From: Heptranchias perlo
Lineage: Eukaryota
Reading direction: 5' to 3'
DNA: 64,000 nucleotides
Assembly (NCBI RefSeq): GCF_035084215.1
Contig: NC_090366.1
Coordinates: forward strand, 13,640,001 to 13,704,000
Part shown: piece after piece, positions 25,421 to 40,427 of the stretch
Position numbering within the stretch: position 1 is the first letter of the stretch
Layout: each line of letters opens with the position of its first letter
Notes under the pieces: model-generated
Database searches by the model: none
Told to the model about the DNA's origin: nothing
What the model saw: the letters and a program-made list of their open reading frames with translations, nothing else
Translations under genes and position numbers: made by a program

Positions 25421-26005
25421 GTGTCAGTTGTGGTTCATTGGGTGACACTCTCGTGCCTCTGAGTCAGAAGATCGTGGGTTCGAGCCCCCACTCCAGAGAC
25501 ATAAGCCCCGTCATCGCAGGCCGACACTCCCCAATGAGGTACTGAGGGAGTGCTGCACTGTCGGAGGGTGAGTACTGAGGGAGTGCTGCACTGTCGGTGG
25601 GTCAGTGCTGAGAGAGCGCTGCACTGTCGGAGGGTCAGTACTGAGGGAGCGCCGCACTGTCGGAGGGTCAGTACTGAGGGAGCGCCGCACTGTCGGAGGG
25701 TCAGTACTGAGGGAGTGCTGCACTGTCGGAGGTGCCGTCTTTTGGATGAGACATTAAACCGAGGCCCCGTCTGCCCTCTCAGGTGGGACGTAAAAGATCC
25801 CACGGCCATTATTCAAACAAGAGCAGGGGGAGTTCTTCCCAGTGTCCTGGGGCCAATATTTATCCCGCAATTTGCGCATTGTTGTAATGCGCAAATTGGC
25901 TGCCGCGTTTCCTGCATTACAACAATGACCACACCTCAAAAAGTACTTCATTGGCTGTAAATGCTTTGGGAGGTCTTGAGAAGAGCTATATAAATGCAAG
26001 TCTCT
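25421..26005 (+). mobile_element. Near full-length Deu-domain SINE with internal 33-bp expansion
   Basis: tRNA-like head ending gagtcagaagatcgtgggttcgagccc, about six 33-bp units, Deu core, tail tataaatgcaagt, then a CT-rich tract to ~26235. Confidence 0.8.
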
Positions 26006-27992
26006 CTTTCTCTCCTTCCTTCTTTCTTTCTCTCCATCTTTCTTTCTCTCTTTCTTCCTTTATCTCTTTCCTTTCATTCTCTCTTGACTTTGTTTCTCTC
26101 CTTCCTTTCTTTCTCTCCTTTCTATCTTTCTTTCTTCCTTTCTCTCCATTCTAACTTTCTCTCTTTCATTCTTTCTCTCCTTTCTATCTTTCTCTCCTTC
26201 TCTCTTTCTTTCTCTCCTTCCCTCTTTCCTTCTTTCATGGATTCAAGCCCCAACCCATGTCTTTGAACCATTAGGGGACCCGCTGTAACCAGCCTTTTGA
26301 AGGTTGACAGCCTGATTACATGCTTACCAAGTACAGTGTAGTAACATGCAGACAGACAGTCTCTCCGTTAACACAGCTACTGCTCGAGAAACAAGCAAGA
26401 CATTTCGAAGCTGGCACTCAAAGTGGCTTTACACATGATTTATTCACAACCGTGTTCTTGGAATTAAGATTGCACTCTCTCCTGTCTGTTTCTCTCTTTC
26501 CCTTCCTCTTTCCCTGTCTCATTCACCCTCTCCCTTCTCCTCTCATGCCCTCCCTCTCATCCTCTCTCTCTCTCTCTCCCCCTCTTTCACCAGTGTCTCA
26601 CATTCCCCCTTTCCTCTGGTCTCCTGAGACTGTGACAGTGAACATGACTTAGAGTGAGTGGGTGTGAGTGGAGGAAAGTGAGAGAAGGACAGTGAGTGTG
26701 TAAATCAGAGTGTGCGGGAGAGATTAAGGATAATGAGGGTGAGTGGGTGAGTGAGATTAAGGATAATGGTGCATGGGTGGGTGTGAGAGTGTGGGAGAAG
26801 ATTTATGAAACCTGAGAGGGTCTCTTTTAGTCTCATCCAAAAGACGGCACCTCTGACAGTGCGGCACTCCCTCGGTACTGGGAATGTCGGCCTGGATTAT
26901 GGGCTCAAATTTGTGGAGTGGGGACTTGAAATCTCTGGATTAACGTCACAGCGTCAGAACACAAAGGGTTAACAGTTTGCTTAAACCAAAAGACAAAGGT
27001 CCTTCATTTGTGCAAAGTGGGATTTTCTCACTTGTTTCTCACTTCCTCATGTGACTCACAGTGACAGACCAACCATTTCTAATTAAATACACAGAGTCAC
27101 AACTCAGGAAAAGGCCATTCGGACCAAGCAGTGCGTGCTGGCATTTACTCTCCACACGAGCAGTCGGACAGGTCCTGGGTAAGTAAAGCAACGATTGTAA
27201 TTAACTTCCACGACCAATGTCGCTCTTTGTTGGTGTCGCGACTTTGTAAAGAGAGATTTATGCCGTCTAAAGATCTCTACTTTTTATTGAGATGGGGGTG
27301 TAGAGCTGAAGTCTGTCGAACACGACATCTTTCCAGTTCAAGGACTAGGGAAATCCAGGGATTTGAGCCCATAATCCAGGGCAACACTCCCAGAGTCAGT
27401 ACAGAGGGAGCGCTGCACTGTCGGAGGGTCAGTACTGAGGGAGCGCTGCACTGTCGGAGGGTCAGTACTGAGGGAGCGCTGCACTGTCGGAGGGTCAGTA
27501 CTGAGGGAGCGCTGCACTGTCGGAGGGTCAGTACTGAGGGAGTGCTGCACTGTTGGAGGGTCAGTACTGAGGGAGCGCCGCACTGTCGGAGGGCCAGTAC
27601 TGAGGGAGCGCTGCCCTGTCGGAGGGTCAGTACTGAGGGAGCGCTGCACTATTGGAGGTGCCATCTTTCGGACGAGACGTTAAACCGAGGCCCCCGTCTG
27701 TCCCTCTCAGACGGACGTAAAAGATCCCACGGCCACTATTGGATGAAGAGCAGGGGGAGTTCTCCTGGCACTGTCGAAATGCAAGTTCTGTCTTTTTTTC
27801 TCTTTCTTAAAGCCTTGTAACTCACTGCAGACAACCCATCATCCCACATAGAATCAAATTAGTCCGTGAAGACATTGTCCAGAAGCAGTTTTAATATCTG
27901 CAGAGCTGTCGGGCAAGAGGTGAGTTCTCATTTACTTGTTTCTCTTTCAGACCTTGAGAGTGAGAAGTTGATGAACTATCTGAGAGTGGACA

Positions 27993-30900
27993 ATGATCAG
28001 GAAACCTTACTTCCTCCTGTCACTTCTCCAAGGTAATATCATCGTCAGGTCGGAGATATTTATGGAAAATAGTCGGTGCAGAGGATCATTGTTATTGAGT
28101 TATGACGAGGGACCAAATTCAGCAGTGACTCAGTGTACTAACTCGCACCGAGTCCCGTTCACCCATCACCCCCTGTGCTCGTTGACCTACATTGGCTCCC
28201 GGTCCGGGAACACCTCGATTTTAAAACCATCATCCTCGTGTTCAAATCCGTCCATGGTATCCTCTCCTCCCTATCTCTGTAACCTCCTCCAGCCCCTACA
28301 ACCCTCTGAGATCTCTGCGCTCCTCCATTTCTGGGCTCTTTCGCATCTGCAATTTCCTTTGCTCCACCATTGGCGGCCGTGCCTTCAGCTGCCTGGGCCC
28401 TAAGCTCTGGAATTCCCTCCCTAAACCTCTCCGCCTCTCTCTCCTCCTTTATGACGCTCCTTAAAACCTACCTCTTTGACCAAGCTTTTGGTCACCTGTC
28501 CTAATATCTCCTTATGTGGCCCGGTGTCAAATTGTGTCTGATAATCGCTCCTGTGAAGCATCTTGGGACGTTTTTTTTAATGACATGATGTAAATGCAAG
28601 TTGCTGACATTGTTTGACTGGCCAGCGATCAACGCTGTTTTTTATTCATTCATGGGATGTGGGCGTCGCTGGCAAGGCCGGCATTTATTGTCCATCCTTA
28701 GTTGTCCCTTGAGAAGGTGGTGGTGAGCCGCCTTCTTGAACCGCTGCAGTCCGTGTGGTGAAGGTTCTCCCACAGTGCTGTTAAGAAGGGAGTTCCAAGA
28801 TATTGACCCAGTGACGATGGAGGAACGGCCGATATATCTCCAACTCGGGATGGTGTGTGACTCGGAGGGGAACCTGGAGGTGATGAACAACCTCCAACAT
28901 TGCTGCTCTTGACCTTTTGGGTGGTAGAGGTCGCAGGGGAGGGAGATGCTGTCACTGTAACCTTGGGGAGTTCCATGTGTACCCTGTAGATGGTACACAC
29001 TGGAGCCACAGTAGGCCAGTGATGGAAGGGGGGGATGGTGGATCTCGAGTCCAGTGGATCTACGAGCCATCCAGTGCTAAATATCGATATTTTTTCTCCT
29101 CAGCTGTATTGTCACAAGAGTGGAAGGCCGACACCCCACGAGATGTGAGAGCACAGAAAGGTTTGTGTGCGCTGATTCCATGCCATTACAGTTATCCATC
29201 GAATTTGGCAAACAAACAGCGAGATGGAGTCTGGTTTAACACTGAGAAAGAGAGACCATGGGCTCCCCTAGCCTTTCACTCCAAGGACCACGGACACGAG
29301 TCGGACCGATTCAGACATCGGACCGGTCTGTCTGGAGACCTGAAAGATGGCGACTGTTCCCTGATTATAAACAACATCACAGCGGAAGATGCAGGTCCTT
29401 ATTTTTTCAGAGTAGAATTTGGCAACGGGGAAAACTTCAACTATTACCCAGCAACACAGCTTCACGTTTCCGGTAAGTGCTGTTTATAATTACTCATCAA
29501 TTCACTTTCAACAGTCAATGGGAAATAATATAAACTATTAACACAAAACATTATAATAACGCAGCTTCTGATTATCAATAACCAGGCGATACCTTCCAGT
29601 TCAGTCTTAAAGCAACCGTTAATACTCACTTTATAAGCAATGATTAAATGCCTTGACTGTGTCCATTAATGTTATCAAGTTATCGGCACCCATCTATCTA
29701 TCTAATCATACTGAAAAATCTTAAATATCGAAGAAAGAAGGAACTTGCATTTCTATCGTGCCTTTCACAAACTCAGGATGTCCCAAAGCGCTTTACAGTT
29801 AAATACTTTTGAAGTGTGTTCACTGTTGTAATGTAGGAAACACGGCAGCCAATTCGCACACAGCAAGATCCCACAAACAGCAATGTGATGGATGACCAGA
29901 TCATCAGTGTTTTAGCGATGTTGCTTGAGTGATAAATATTGGCCCCAGGACACCGGGAGAACTTCTTGCTGTGGCCAGGATTTAATTTCACGTTTGCAGA
30001 GATCCCTGAGAAGGTTACAAGGCAGTGTTACCCGAGCTGGGATCTGCTCCTCCACTCCCACCCAGTATTGTCAATCCAAGGGTCTCAGAGTGAAAGTGCA
30101 TCAATCACATTGACAGGCACTCCGCCCAGTCCGAAAACAGGGAAGTCCTTTCTCTTGTGGGACTGTGGTTTATATTTGAACTGATTCTCCAAGTTATATT
30201 TAACTAAAAGGATGTATTCTCTGCCAGATTTCACAGATAAACCCACAATATTCGCTCCTGAAATTATTGAGGGTAAATCTTGCAACATAACCTGCACCTT
30301 CAACACAACGTGCAGGGGAACAGCACCTGACTTAACCTGGGACAATCCCACTGATGTTCCTGGGTCTGTCTCAAACAGTGTAACTCAGCATGGTGGAACT
30401 CTGACATATTCTTCTGTTCTGACTCTGGTCCCATCACCCAAACACTACGGGCAGACTCTCACCTGTAGAGTCAGCTTCCCATCTGTTTCATCGCAACGGA
30501 CCCTCGCACTAACTGTTCAATGTAAGTACCAACATCTTTCCTGAATTAATTTTTTGGGTGCTTTTCTCCAAGGGCACACTCTGTTGCTTCAAGGGGTCAG
30601 TGTTTCGTTCATCTAAAGATACAACACAAAGGACACCGACATCTTGGGTTTATACAGCGTCTTTAGCGTAGGGAAACATCCCAAGGCACTTCACAGAGGC
30701 AGCTGGAGAAAAAAGTACGGCAAGACAAAGAAGGAGATATTAGCTAAACTTTGATAAAACTCTGGTTAGGCTCCAGCTGGAGTATTGTGTCCAATTCTGG
30801 GCACCGCACTTTAGGAAGGATGTCAAGGCCTTGGAGAGGGTGCAGAGGAGATTTACCAGAATGGTATCAGGGATGAGGGACTTCAGTTATGTGGAGAGAC

Positions 30901-32813
30901 TGGAGAAGCTGGGATTGTTCTCCTTAGAGCAGAGAAGGTTAAGGGGAGATTTAATGGAGGGGTTCAAAATCATGAAGGGTTTTGATAGAGTAAATAAGGA
31001 GAAACTGTTTCCAGTGGCAGGAGGGTCGGTAACCAGAGGACACAGATTTAAGGTAATTGGCAAAAGAACCAGAGGGGGAGATGAGGAGAATTTTTTTACG
31101 CAGCGAGTTGTGATGATCTGGAATGCGCTGCCTGAAAGGGCGGTGGAAGCAGATTGAATAATAACTTTCAAAAGGGGAATTGGATAAATACTTGAAAAGG
31201 ACAAATTTACAGGGGCTACGGGGAAAGAGCAGGGGAATGGGATTAATTGGATAGATCTTTCGAAGAGCAGGCACATTATAAAAGTCGGTACAGGAACTTT
31301 TAATGAGGAAAGATGCCTGGAAATGCATGCAGACAAAAGATACAGGGAGATGAAGCATGGGCTCCTGCTGTACGCTGTGTTTGCTGCGACAGGTTGCTGT
31401 TCTCTGTAAAATCAATAAAAACTCTATTTGTCTTTAGACGCTCCGAGGAATCTCTCAATTACTTCTCTTGATACGATTAAAGATTCATCGATCAGTATAA
31501 CAGAAGGGAATTCTACAGCCCTACACTGCTCTGTCGAAAGCTTCCCAGCTTCCAATCTGAGGTGGGAACATCTCGGAGTCACAGTGAACAGAAGCAGTTC
31601 CAACAACGAGGTGCGATTGGAGCTTCCTCACGTGACATCCAGGGTCGCTGGAGAGTATCGGTGTGTGGCGGAGAATGAACATGGGGCTGTGGAGAGTTCC
31701 ATAACCATCACCGTGGAACGTGAGTCTGGAGATACTTCCACATCTCGCTAAATACAAACAAATTAATATCGACGGGTGACTGTGGATTTTACAAAGTGAG
31801 TTTGGGCGTAACTTTGTTCGTAACAGTAACGGGTCGGATTTTCTTCACGGAATTGGCTTGGTGATACTGATCGATATTTAAATCCCACCATACTCGGAAT
31901 GGTGGGCGCTTCATTCACTTTGAGCAGAGAGAGCAGCGACTGGTCGAGTCGATCGGTCTGGATCCCATTATAATTTGGATCCAGAGTTCATGGAAATGGC
32001 AGCAGTTCTGTATCACTGAGGAATCATCAGGAGTTACATGTGCACAGATACACACACATGCCAATAGACACATACACACAAACATGTAAACAGTCACACA
32101 CATGTACACAGGCACAGACACGTACAAACACACATGCACAGGCACACACGTGCACACACTCTCATTCACACACACACAGATACACACACACACACACCCA
32201 AGAGTTGCTATTCTCACCCCTTTTAATCCAGTTGCAACCGAGCCTGAACCTGGTCAGTCGGTCTTTGTTGCAGAGGGCTGGAGCTCAGGATCAGAGTGAT
32301 GGAATATCGATCGCTTCCTCTGGGATCAGGGATCACTGTGATCACTCCTGGATTCCACAGTGAGATCACCAATCATAAAGCGACCTCTGGGGGGGACTGG
32401 GAATGTGGTTTTACATAAATATTACAAATTACATATAAATATTACATATATAGACATTGAATATAGATATAATAGATAAATATTATAGAAAATATTACAT
32501 ATTCAGATATTAAATATATAGAGATTACATATACAGATATTACATATTCAGATATTAAATATATAGAGATCACATATACAGATATTACATATTCAGATAT
32601 TAAATATGTGGAGATTACATATATAAATATTACTTGTGTTGGGTAATCACTTCTCAAGGTCAGAATAAGTATAAGTTGATCAGAGCATCGTACTAAAACT
32701 GTGGTTGTTTTTACAGGGAGAGAAACACATGAATGGAAAGGAGCATTGCTTGGTGTTGGAATCACATTGAGTGGGACACTGGCCGGGTTCTTGATCTACA
32801 TGTGCGTGCGAAA
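27993..32813 (+). CDS. Siglec-like receptor, copy B2 (direct duplicate of B1)
   Basis: Leader 27993-28032, V-set 29104-29472 (GPYFFRVEF), C2 30228-30521, C2 31438-31719, TM 32717-32813; canonical splice sites and open frames. Confidence 0.88.
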
Positions 32814-34953
32814 GTAAGTGTGAAGGTTTAACTTGTTTTTTTGAAAACTCTTGCTTCAATTTTCCCTCCTTAAAGGAAAGAAGGAACTTGCATTTCTATC
32901 GCGCCTTTCACAACCTCAGGACGCCGCAAAGCACTTTACAGCCAATGAAATACTTTCGAAGTGCAGTCACTGTTGTAAAGTAGGAAACGCGGCAGCCAAT
33001 TTGCGCACAGCAAGATCCCACAAACAGCAATGTGATAATGACCAGGTCATCTGTTTTTGTAGTGATGTTGTTTGATGGATGAATATTGGCCCCAGGACAC
33101 TGGGGAGAACTCCCCCTGCTCGTCTTCGAAATAGTGGCCGTGGGATCTTTTACACCCACCTGAGAGGGGCAGACGGGGGGCCTCGGTTTAACATCTCATC
33201 CCGAAGGACAGACAGTGCAGCGCCCCCTCAGTGCTAACACTGGGGAGTGTCGGCCTGGATTATAAAGCTGTTAGGGACATCCTGAGGTCACGAAAGGCGC
33301 TATATCAATGCAAGTCTTCATTATTTAGCTGACAGCCAGAACCAAATGATAGACTGACCCAGTACAGTACAGTAACATGCAGCCCAACGATCTCACTGCA
33401 AACACAGCGACTGCTAGAGAAACAAGCAAGATATTTTGAGGCGAGCACACAAATTGGACTTTGACGTGATTTATTTCCAGCCGTGTACTTGGAATTAAGA
33501 TTACGCTCTCTCCTGCCTGTTTCTTTCTTTTCTTCCACTTTTTCTGTCTCATTCGTCCTCTCCTTTCTCCTCTTATGTTCTCCCTCTCTCTCGCTCTCTC
33601 TTTCTCCCTCCCTCTTTCACGTTCTCCAGTGTCTCACATTTTCCAGGGAGTTCATGCTCTGGGGCCCAACTGTTCCTTCAGCACAGCCCTTGCTCTCTGG
33701 AATGAGCATTGAATCTAAACTCGACTTCAGCGGCTGCCCAGCTTTACACTGGAATAACGTCACAGTGCCAGGACACAAAGGGTTAAAAGTTTGCTTAAAA
33801 CACGAGACAAAGGCCCTTCATTTGTGCAAAGTGCTATTTTCTCACTTCTCCCCCACTTCCTCATGTGACTCACAGTGACAGGCCAACCATTTCTAATTAA
33901 ATACACAGGGGCCGCAACACAGGAAAAGGCCATTCAGCCCAAGCAGCGCGTGCTGGCATTTACTCTCCACACGAGCAGTCGGACAAGCCCTGGGTAAGTA
34001 AAGCAACGATTGCAATTCACTTCCACGACCTACGTCGCTCTTTGTTGGCGTTGTGACTTTGTAAAGAGACATTCCAATGATTTATGCCTTCCAAAGATTT
34101 CTACTTTTTGTTGCGATCTGGGTGTAGGGCTTAAGTCTATCGTACAGGACATGTTTGTGGTTCAAGGACGAGGGAAATCCAGGGACTTGAGACCATAATC
34201 CAAGCTGAAACTTCCAGTGCAGTACTGAGGGAGTGCTGCACTGTCGGAGGTGCCGCCTTTCGGATGAGACGTTAAATCGAGGGCCCCGTCTGCCCCTCTC
34301 AGGTGGGAGGTAAAAGATCCCACGGCCAATATTTCAATATCAATGATCAAACCCAACATTGATCAATATCAATGATCAAACCCAACATTGATCAATATCA
34401 ATGATCAAACCCATCATTGATCAATATCAATGTTCAAACCCATCATTGATCAATATCAATGTTCAAACCCATCATTGATCAATATCAATGTTCAAACCCA
34501 TCATTGATCAATATCAATGATCAAACCCAACATTGATCAATATCAATGATCAAACCCATCATTGATCAATATCAATGTTCAAACCCATCATTGATCAATA
34601 TCAATGTTCAAACCCATCATTGATCAATATCAATGTTCAAACCCATCATTGATCAATATCAATGATCAAACCCAACATTGATCAATATCAATGATCAAAC
34701 CCAACATTGATCAATATCAATGATCAAACCCATCATTGATCAATATCAATGATCAAACCCATCATTGATCAACATCAATGATCAAACCCAACATTGATCA
34801 ATATCAATGATCAAACCCATCATTGATCAATATCAATGATCAAACCCTGCACGGTTGGGCCTCAATTGCAGATCCAATGATCTAATTGGACTCAAACAAG
34901 CCAATCACAGATTGTGCCGATTGTCACACTGCTCATTTCCTTTTCTATTACAG

Positions 34954-35070
34954 AAGGATGAGGAAGAGACGCTGGGAATCGAAACTGACCGTTACAGGAA
35001 TGTATTTCAAGCCGATAATATCTACGAAAACTGCAATCTTGACGAGGACTCTATTTATGCAAATGTATAA
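34954..35070 (+). CDS. Terminal ITIM-like exon, B2
   Basis: Same translation as 21406-21522. Confidence 0.7.
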   Translation, partial: KDEEETLGIETDRYRNVFQADNIYENCNLDEDSIYANV

Positions 35071-36662
35071 TCTGAGCGAGAAGTAAAAACATGATCTCTG
35101 GGGACAACACAGAAGGCGAGAATCGAAACTCCCCTTTACCTTTCTAGAAACCACAGGACTTCACCCCAAAAAATACAAGTTTTAGACTTCTTGACATAAT
35201 CGAATGTAATTTTTTAAAGCTGATGTTATTTCACAAAGTTTGAGTGATAATGGAGCCGAGATCATTCTCACTGGGTTTCATTTTGTCCGTCCTCCTTCAG
35301 GAATGTCTCTCACTGTTGGAGACATCCTTCTCTCCATTGTGATTATAAATATCTTTCAGTATCGTTCGATATTCCACCAGGACATAACGGACAGTCTCAA
35401 TCCCGTCTGTGTGTTTCAGTCACTTTTCTTCTTGTCATTTCACTTTCCTGTCTGTGAATGTTGACAGAATGGTCGTTACCAAGTGTAGAGTTCAGGGGAA
35501 GCAGGGGTCGAAGATATTTGGACCAGGGCCGATAGATGGAATTTACTCCCCATTTTACACTCATGCTTTCTTCCGCTTATTATTATAAAATGCTTTGATT
35601 TTATATTATCATTCATAGTCACACAGCAAAACTTACAGCAATTTAGGATGTCGGGACATGGAGCAGGTTGGAGCAGGGAATTTCTCTGCAGTACAGACCG
35701 AGGAACTGGGAGACGCAAAACGGAGGGCACACCGCCACCACTGGTGGGAGAGTGTAATTACAGTGTGACGTTTACATAGGCAGTTCCCATTATAAATGTG
35801 GATGGAGGAATTTTTGATGGGAAATGTTGTTTGTAGCTGTACGATTTTTAACATATATACAGATGAAACAGCTTGGATTGCAGAATGAACTATTGTTACA
35901 ATAAACAACTATTTTAATTTTTCAGTCGTTTAAAAGATATTTAAAATACACTTAGCACTCCCTCCCGCTCTTCCCCGATGGCTTAGTCGATGGATGTAAT
36001 CAAGTGATGTGATACAAAATACAGAGACCAAGTTCTGAGTCTCTGTGTTAAATGATCTCAATCAGGTACTTGGATCGAGGGATGGGAAGATAAATCGGGC
36101 TCCTGCCCTTAATCTGCAGCCGGTGGCTCCCTCTGTTCAGTGCAGGCTGAGTGAAGACAGAATTGTGTTCGAGGGATCTACCCCCCATGGTCAATCAGCC
36201 CGTTTGTCCGCTGACTGGTGCAAAATGGCCACCTGGGTCAGGCACCGTGCTTTGCTGCACCGCTGGAACTGGACCCATGCATCAGTCAGTGCCTTAAGAA
36301 CAGGAGAATTCTAACGTAACTAAGATTTACACAGAAACTGGGTGGCTATTGTAGTCGAATATCGAGTGTTCACTGGAATGGACACATGTCGACTCCAGTT
36401 GAGAATGAACCTCAGGGGAGAACTTTCTCTGGTTGCTATGTGTGTGTGGCATCATTAACAGAGCAGTCCTGGAGTGCGGCAGAAGTGGTGCTGCAGAATT
36501 TCTATCCATTAAGTTACTGGTGGCCCCAACTCCATACACAACAGCCCACATTTCTGCATTGGGTGGCACTAATTGGTGGCATGGCTCTGAGAGGTCACAA
36601 AGATTGGCTGTGGCACCAATAGAATTGGGTTGGCACCAGGATTGCTGTTCTTGGGGTCTTTG

Positions 36663-37925
36663 TTTTATTCATTCATGGGATGTGGGCGTCGCTGGCGAGG
36701 CCGGCATTTATTGCCCATCCCTAATTGCCCCTTGAGAAGGTGGTGGTGAGCCGCCTTCTTGAACCGCTGCAGTCCGTGTGGTGAAGGTTCTCCCACAGTG
36801 CTGTTAGGAAGGGAGTTCCAGGATTTTGACCCAGCGACGATGAAGGAACGGCGATATATTTCCAAGTCGGGATGGTGTGTGACTTGGAGGGGAACGTGCA
36901 GGTGGTGTTGTCCCCATGTGCCTGCTGCTCTTGTCCTTCTAGGTGGTAGAGGTCGCGGGTTCGGGACGTGCTGTCGAAGAAGCCTTGGCGAGTTGCTGCA
37001 GTGCATCCTGTGGATGGTACACACTGCAGCCACTGTGCGCCGGTGCTGAAGGGAGTGAATGTTTCGGGTGGTGGATGGGGTGCCAATCAAGCGGGCTGCT
37101 TTGTCCTGAATGGTGTCGAGCTTCTTGAGTGTTGTTGGAGCTGCACTCATCCAGGCAAGTGGAGAGTATTCCATCACACTCCTGACTTGTGCCTTGTAGA
37201 TGGTGGAAAGTCTTTGGGGAGTCAGGAGGTGAGTCACTCGCCGCAGAATACCCAGCCTCTGACCTGCTCTTGCAGCCACAGCATTTATATGGCTGGTCCA
37301 GTTAAGTTTCTGGTCAATGGTTACCCCCAGGATGTTGATGTTGGGGGATTCGGTGATGGTAATGCCGTTGAATGTCAAGGGGAGGTGGTTAGACTCTCTT
37401 GTTGGATATGGCCATTGCCTGGCACTTGTCTGGCGCGAATGTTGCTTGCCACTTATGAGCCCAAGCCTGGATGTCGTCCAGGTCTTGCTGCATGCGGGCT
37501 CGGACTGCTTCATTATCTGAGGGGCTGCGAATGGAACTGAACACTGTGCAATCATCAGTGAACATCCCCATTTCTGACCTTATGATGGAGGGAAGGTCAT
37601 TGATGAAGCAGCTGAAGATGGTTGGGCCTAGGACACTGCCCTGAGGAACTCCTGCAACAATGTCCTGGGGCTGAGATGTTTGGCCTCCAACAACCACTAC
37701 CATCTTCCTTTGTGCTTGGTATGACTCCAGCCACTGGAGAGTTTTCCCCCTGATTCCCATTGACTTCAATTTCACGAGGGCTCCTTGGTGCCACACTCGG
37801 TCAAATGCTGCCTTGATGTCAAGGGCAGTCACTCTCACCTCACCTCTGGAATTCAGCTCTTTTGTCCATCTTTGGACCAAGGCTGTAATGAGGTCTGGAG
37901 CCGAGTGGTCCTGGCGGAACCCAAT
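36663..37925 (-). mobile_element. Inverted copy of the Zenon-like LINE at the inversion junction
   Basis: ORFs 37389..38078 and 36665..37555 mirror 23778..25149; CR1 tail with about four 42-bp repeats at ~38200-38357. Confidence 0.85.
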
Positions 37926-40427
37926 CCTAATCTCCAACGGGAATCCAGAACAAGGGGCCACAATCTTAATATTAGAGCCAGGCTGTTCTGGAGTGAACTC
38001 AGGAAGCATTTTTTCACACAAAGGGGAGTGGAAATCTGGAACTCCCTCCCCCACAACGCTGTGGATGCTGGGAGTCAATTGAAATTGAGATTGATAGATT
38101 TTTGTCGGGTAAGGGAATCAAGGGATGTGGAGCAAAGGCAGGTAAATGGAGTTGAGGTACAGATCAGCCCTGATCTAACGGTTTTGGGGAGCTAATCGAG
38201 GATGCTGAATGGCCTCCTCCTGTTCCTATGTAACAGGCTCAAGGGGCTGAATGGCCTCCTCCTGTTCCTATGTAACAGGCTCAAGGGGCTGAATGGCCTC
38301 CTCCTGTTCCTATGTAACAGGCTCAAGGGGCTGAATGGCCTCCTCCTGTTCCTATGTTGGGAGCTCATTGTGCTAATTTCTCACTCTGTAAAATCCCTCA
38401 CTCATCCAATTTTATACCTTTGCCCCCAAACAATGAGGCTCCTTGTCTCATCTGCCTTCCAATGAACTTCCAGCTCACTTAAGGGCAAATACCAGATCGG
38501 GACTAAAGCTCACACTATTCTGCTTCGGAAATGTTCCTTAACCCCACTCAACCCAGAAGGACAAGGGCAGCAGGTGCATGGGAACACCATCAACTCCACA
38601 TTCCCCACAAAGTCACACACCATCCCGACTTGGGGATATATCGACTGTTCCTTCATCGTCGCTGGGTCAAAATCCTGGAACTCCCTTCCTAACAGCACTG
38701 TGGGAGAACCGTCACCACACGGACTGCAGCGGTTCAAGAAGGCGGCTCACCACCACCTTCTCAAGGGGCAACTAGGGATGGGCAATAAATGCCGGCCTCG
38801 CCAGCGACGCCCACATCCCCTGAATGAATAAAACAAAGACCCCAAGAACAGCAATCCTGGTGCCAACCCAATTCTATTGGTGCCACAGCCAATCTTTGTG
38901 ACCTCTCAGAGCCATGCCACCAATTAGTGCCACCCAATGCAGAAATGTGGGCTGTTGTGTGTGGAGTTGGGGCCACCAGTAACTTAATGGATAGAAATTC
39001 TGCAGCACCACTTCTGCCGCACTCCAGGACTGCTCTGTTAATGATGCCACACACACATAGCAACCAGAGAAAGTTCTCCCCTGAGGTTCATTCTCAACTG
39101 GAGTCGACATGAGTCCATTCCAGTGAACACTCGATATTCGACTACAAGAGCCACCCACTTTCTGTGTAAATCTTAGTTACGTTAGAGTTCTCCTGTTCTT
39201 AAGGCACTGACTGATGCATGGGTCCAGTTCCAGCGGTGCAGCAAAGCTCGGTGCCTGACCCAGGTGGCCATTTTGCACCATTCAGTGGACAAACGGGCTG
39301 ATTGACCATGGGGGGCAGATCCCTCGAACACAATTCTGTCTTCACTCAGCCCGCACTTAACAGAGGGAGCCACCGGCTGCAGATTAAGGGCAGGAGCCCG
39401 ATTTATCTTCCCACCCCTCGATCCAAGTACCTGATTGAGATCATTTAACACAGAGACTCAGAACTTGGTCTCTGTATTTTGTATCACATCACTTGATTAC
39501 ATCCATCGACTAAGCCATCGGGGAAGAGGGGGCGGGAGTGTTAATTGTATTTTAAATATCTTTTAAACGACTGAAAAATTAAAATAGTTGTTTATTGTAA
39601 CAATAGTTCATTCTGCAATCCAAGCTGTTTCATCTGTATATGATATATTAAAAATCGTACAGCTACAAGCAACATTTCCCATCAAAAATTCCTCCATCCA
39701 CTTTTATAACAAGAACTGCCTATGTAAACGTCACGCTGTAATTACACTCTCCCACCAGTGGTGGCGGTGTGCCCACCGTTTTGCGTCTCCCAGTTCCTCG
39801 GTCTGTACTGCAATGAAATTCCCTGCTCCAACCAGCTCCATGTCCCGACATCCTAAATTGCTGTAAGTTTTGCTGTGTGACTATGAATGATAATATAAAA
39901 TCAAAGCATTTTATAATAATAAGCGGAAGAAAGCATGAGTGTAAAATGGGGAGTAAATTCCATCTATCGGCCCTGGTCCAAATATCTTCGACCCCTGCTT
40001 CCCCTGAACTCTACACTTGGTAACGACCATTCTGTCAACATTCACAGACAGGAAAGTGAAATGACAAGAAGAAAAGTGACTGAAACACACAGACGGGATT
40101 GAGACTGTCCGTTATGTCCTGGTGGAATATCGAACGATACTGAAAGATATTTATAATCACAATGGAGAGAAGGATGTCTCCAACAGTGAGAGACATTCCT
40201 GAAGGAGGACGGACAAAATGAAACCCAGTGAGAATGATCTCGGCTCCATTATCACTCAAACTTTGTGAAATAACATCAGCTTTAAAAAATTACATTCGAT
40301 TATGTCAAGAAGTTTAAAACTTGTATTTTTGGGGTGAAGTCCTGTGGTTTCTAGAAAGGTAAAGGGGAGTTTCGATTCTCGCCTTCTGTGTTGTCCCCAG
40401 AGATCATGTTTTTACTTCTCGCTCAGA

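Larger units (their letters stand above)
26251..36720 (+). repeat. Direct segmental duplicate (B2) of ~12670-23150
   Basis: Homology starts at caacccatgtctttgaacc (26251 vs 12670) and continues through the gene and 3' flank into the Zenon-like LINE tail. Confidence 0.93.
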
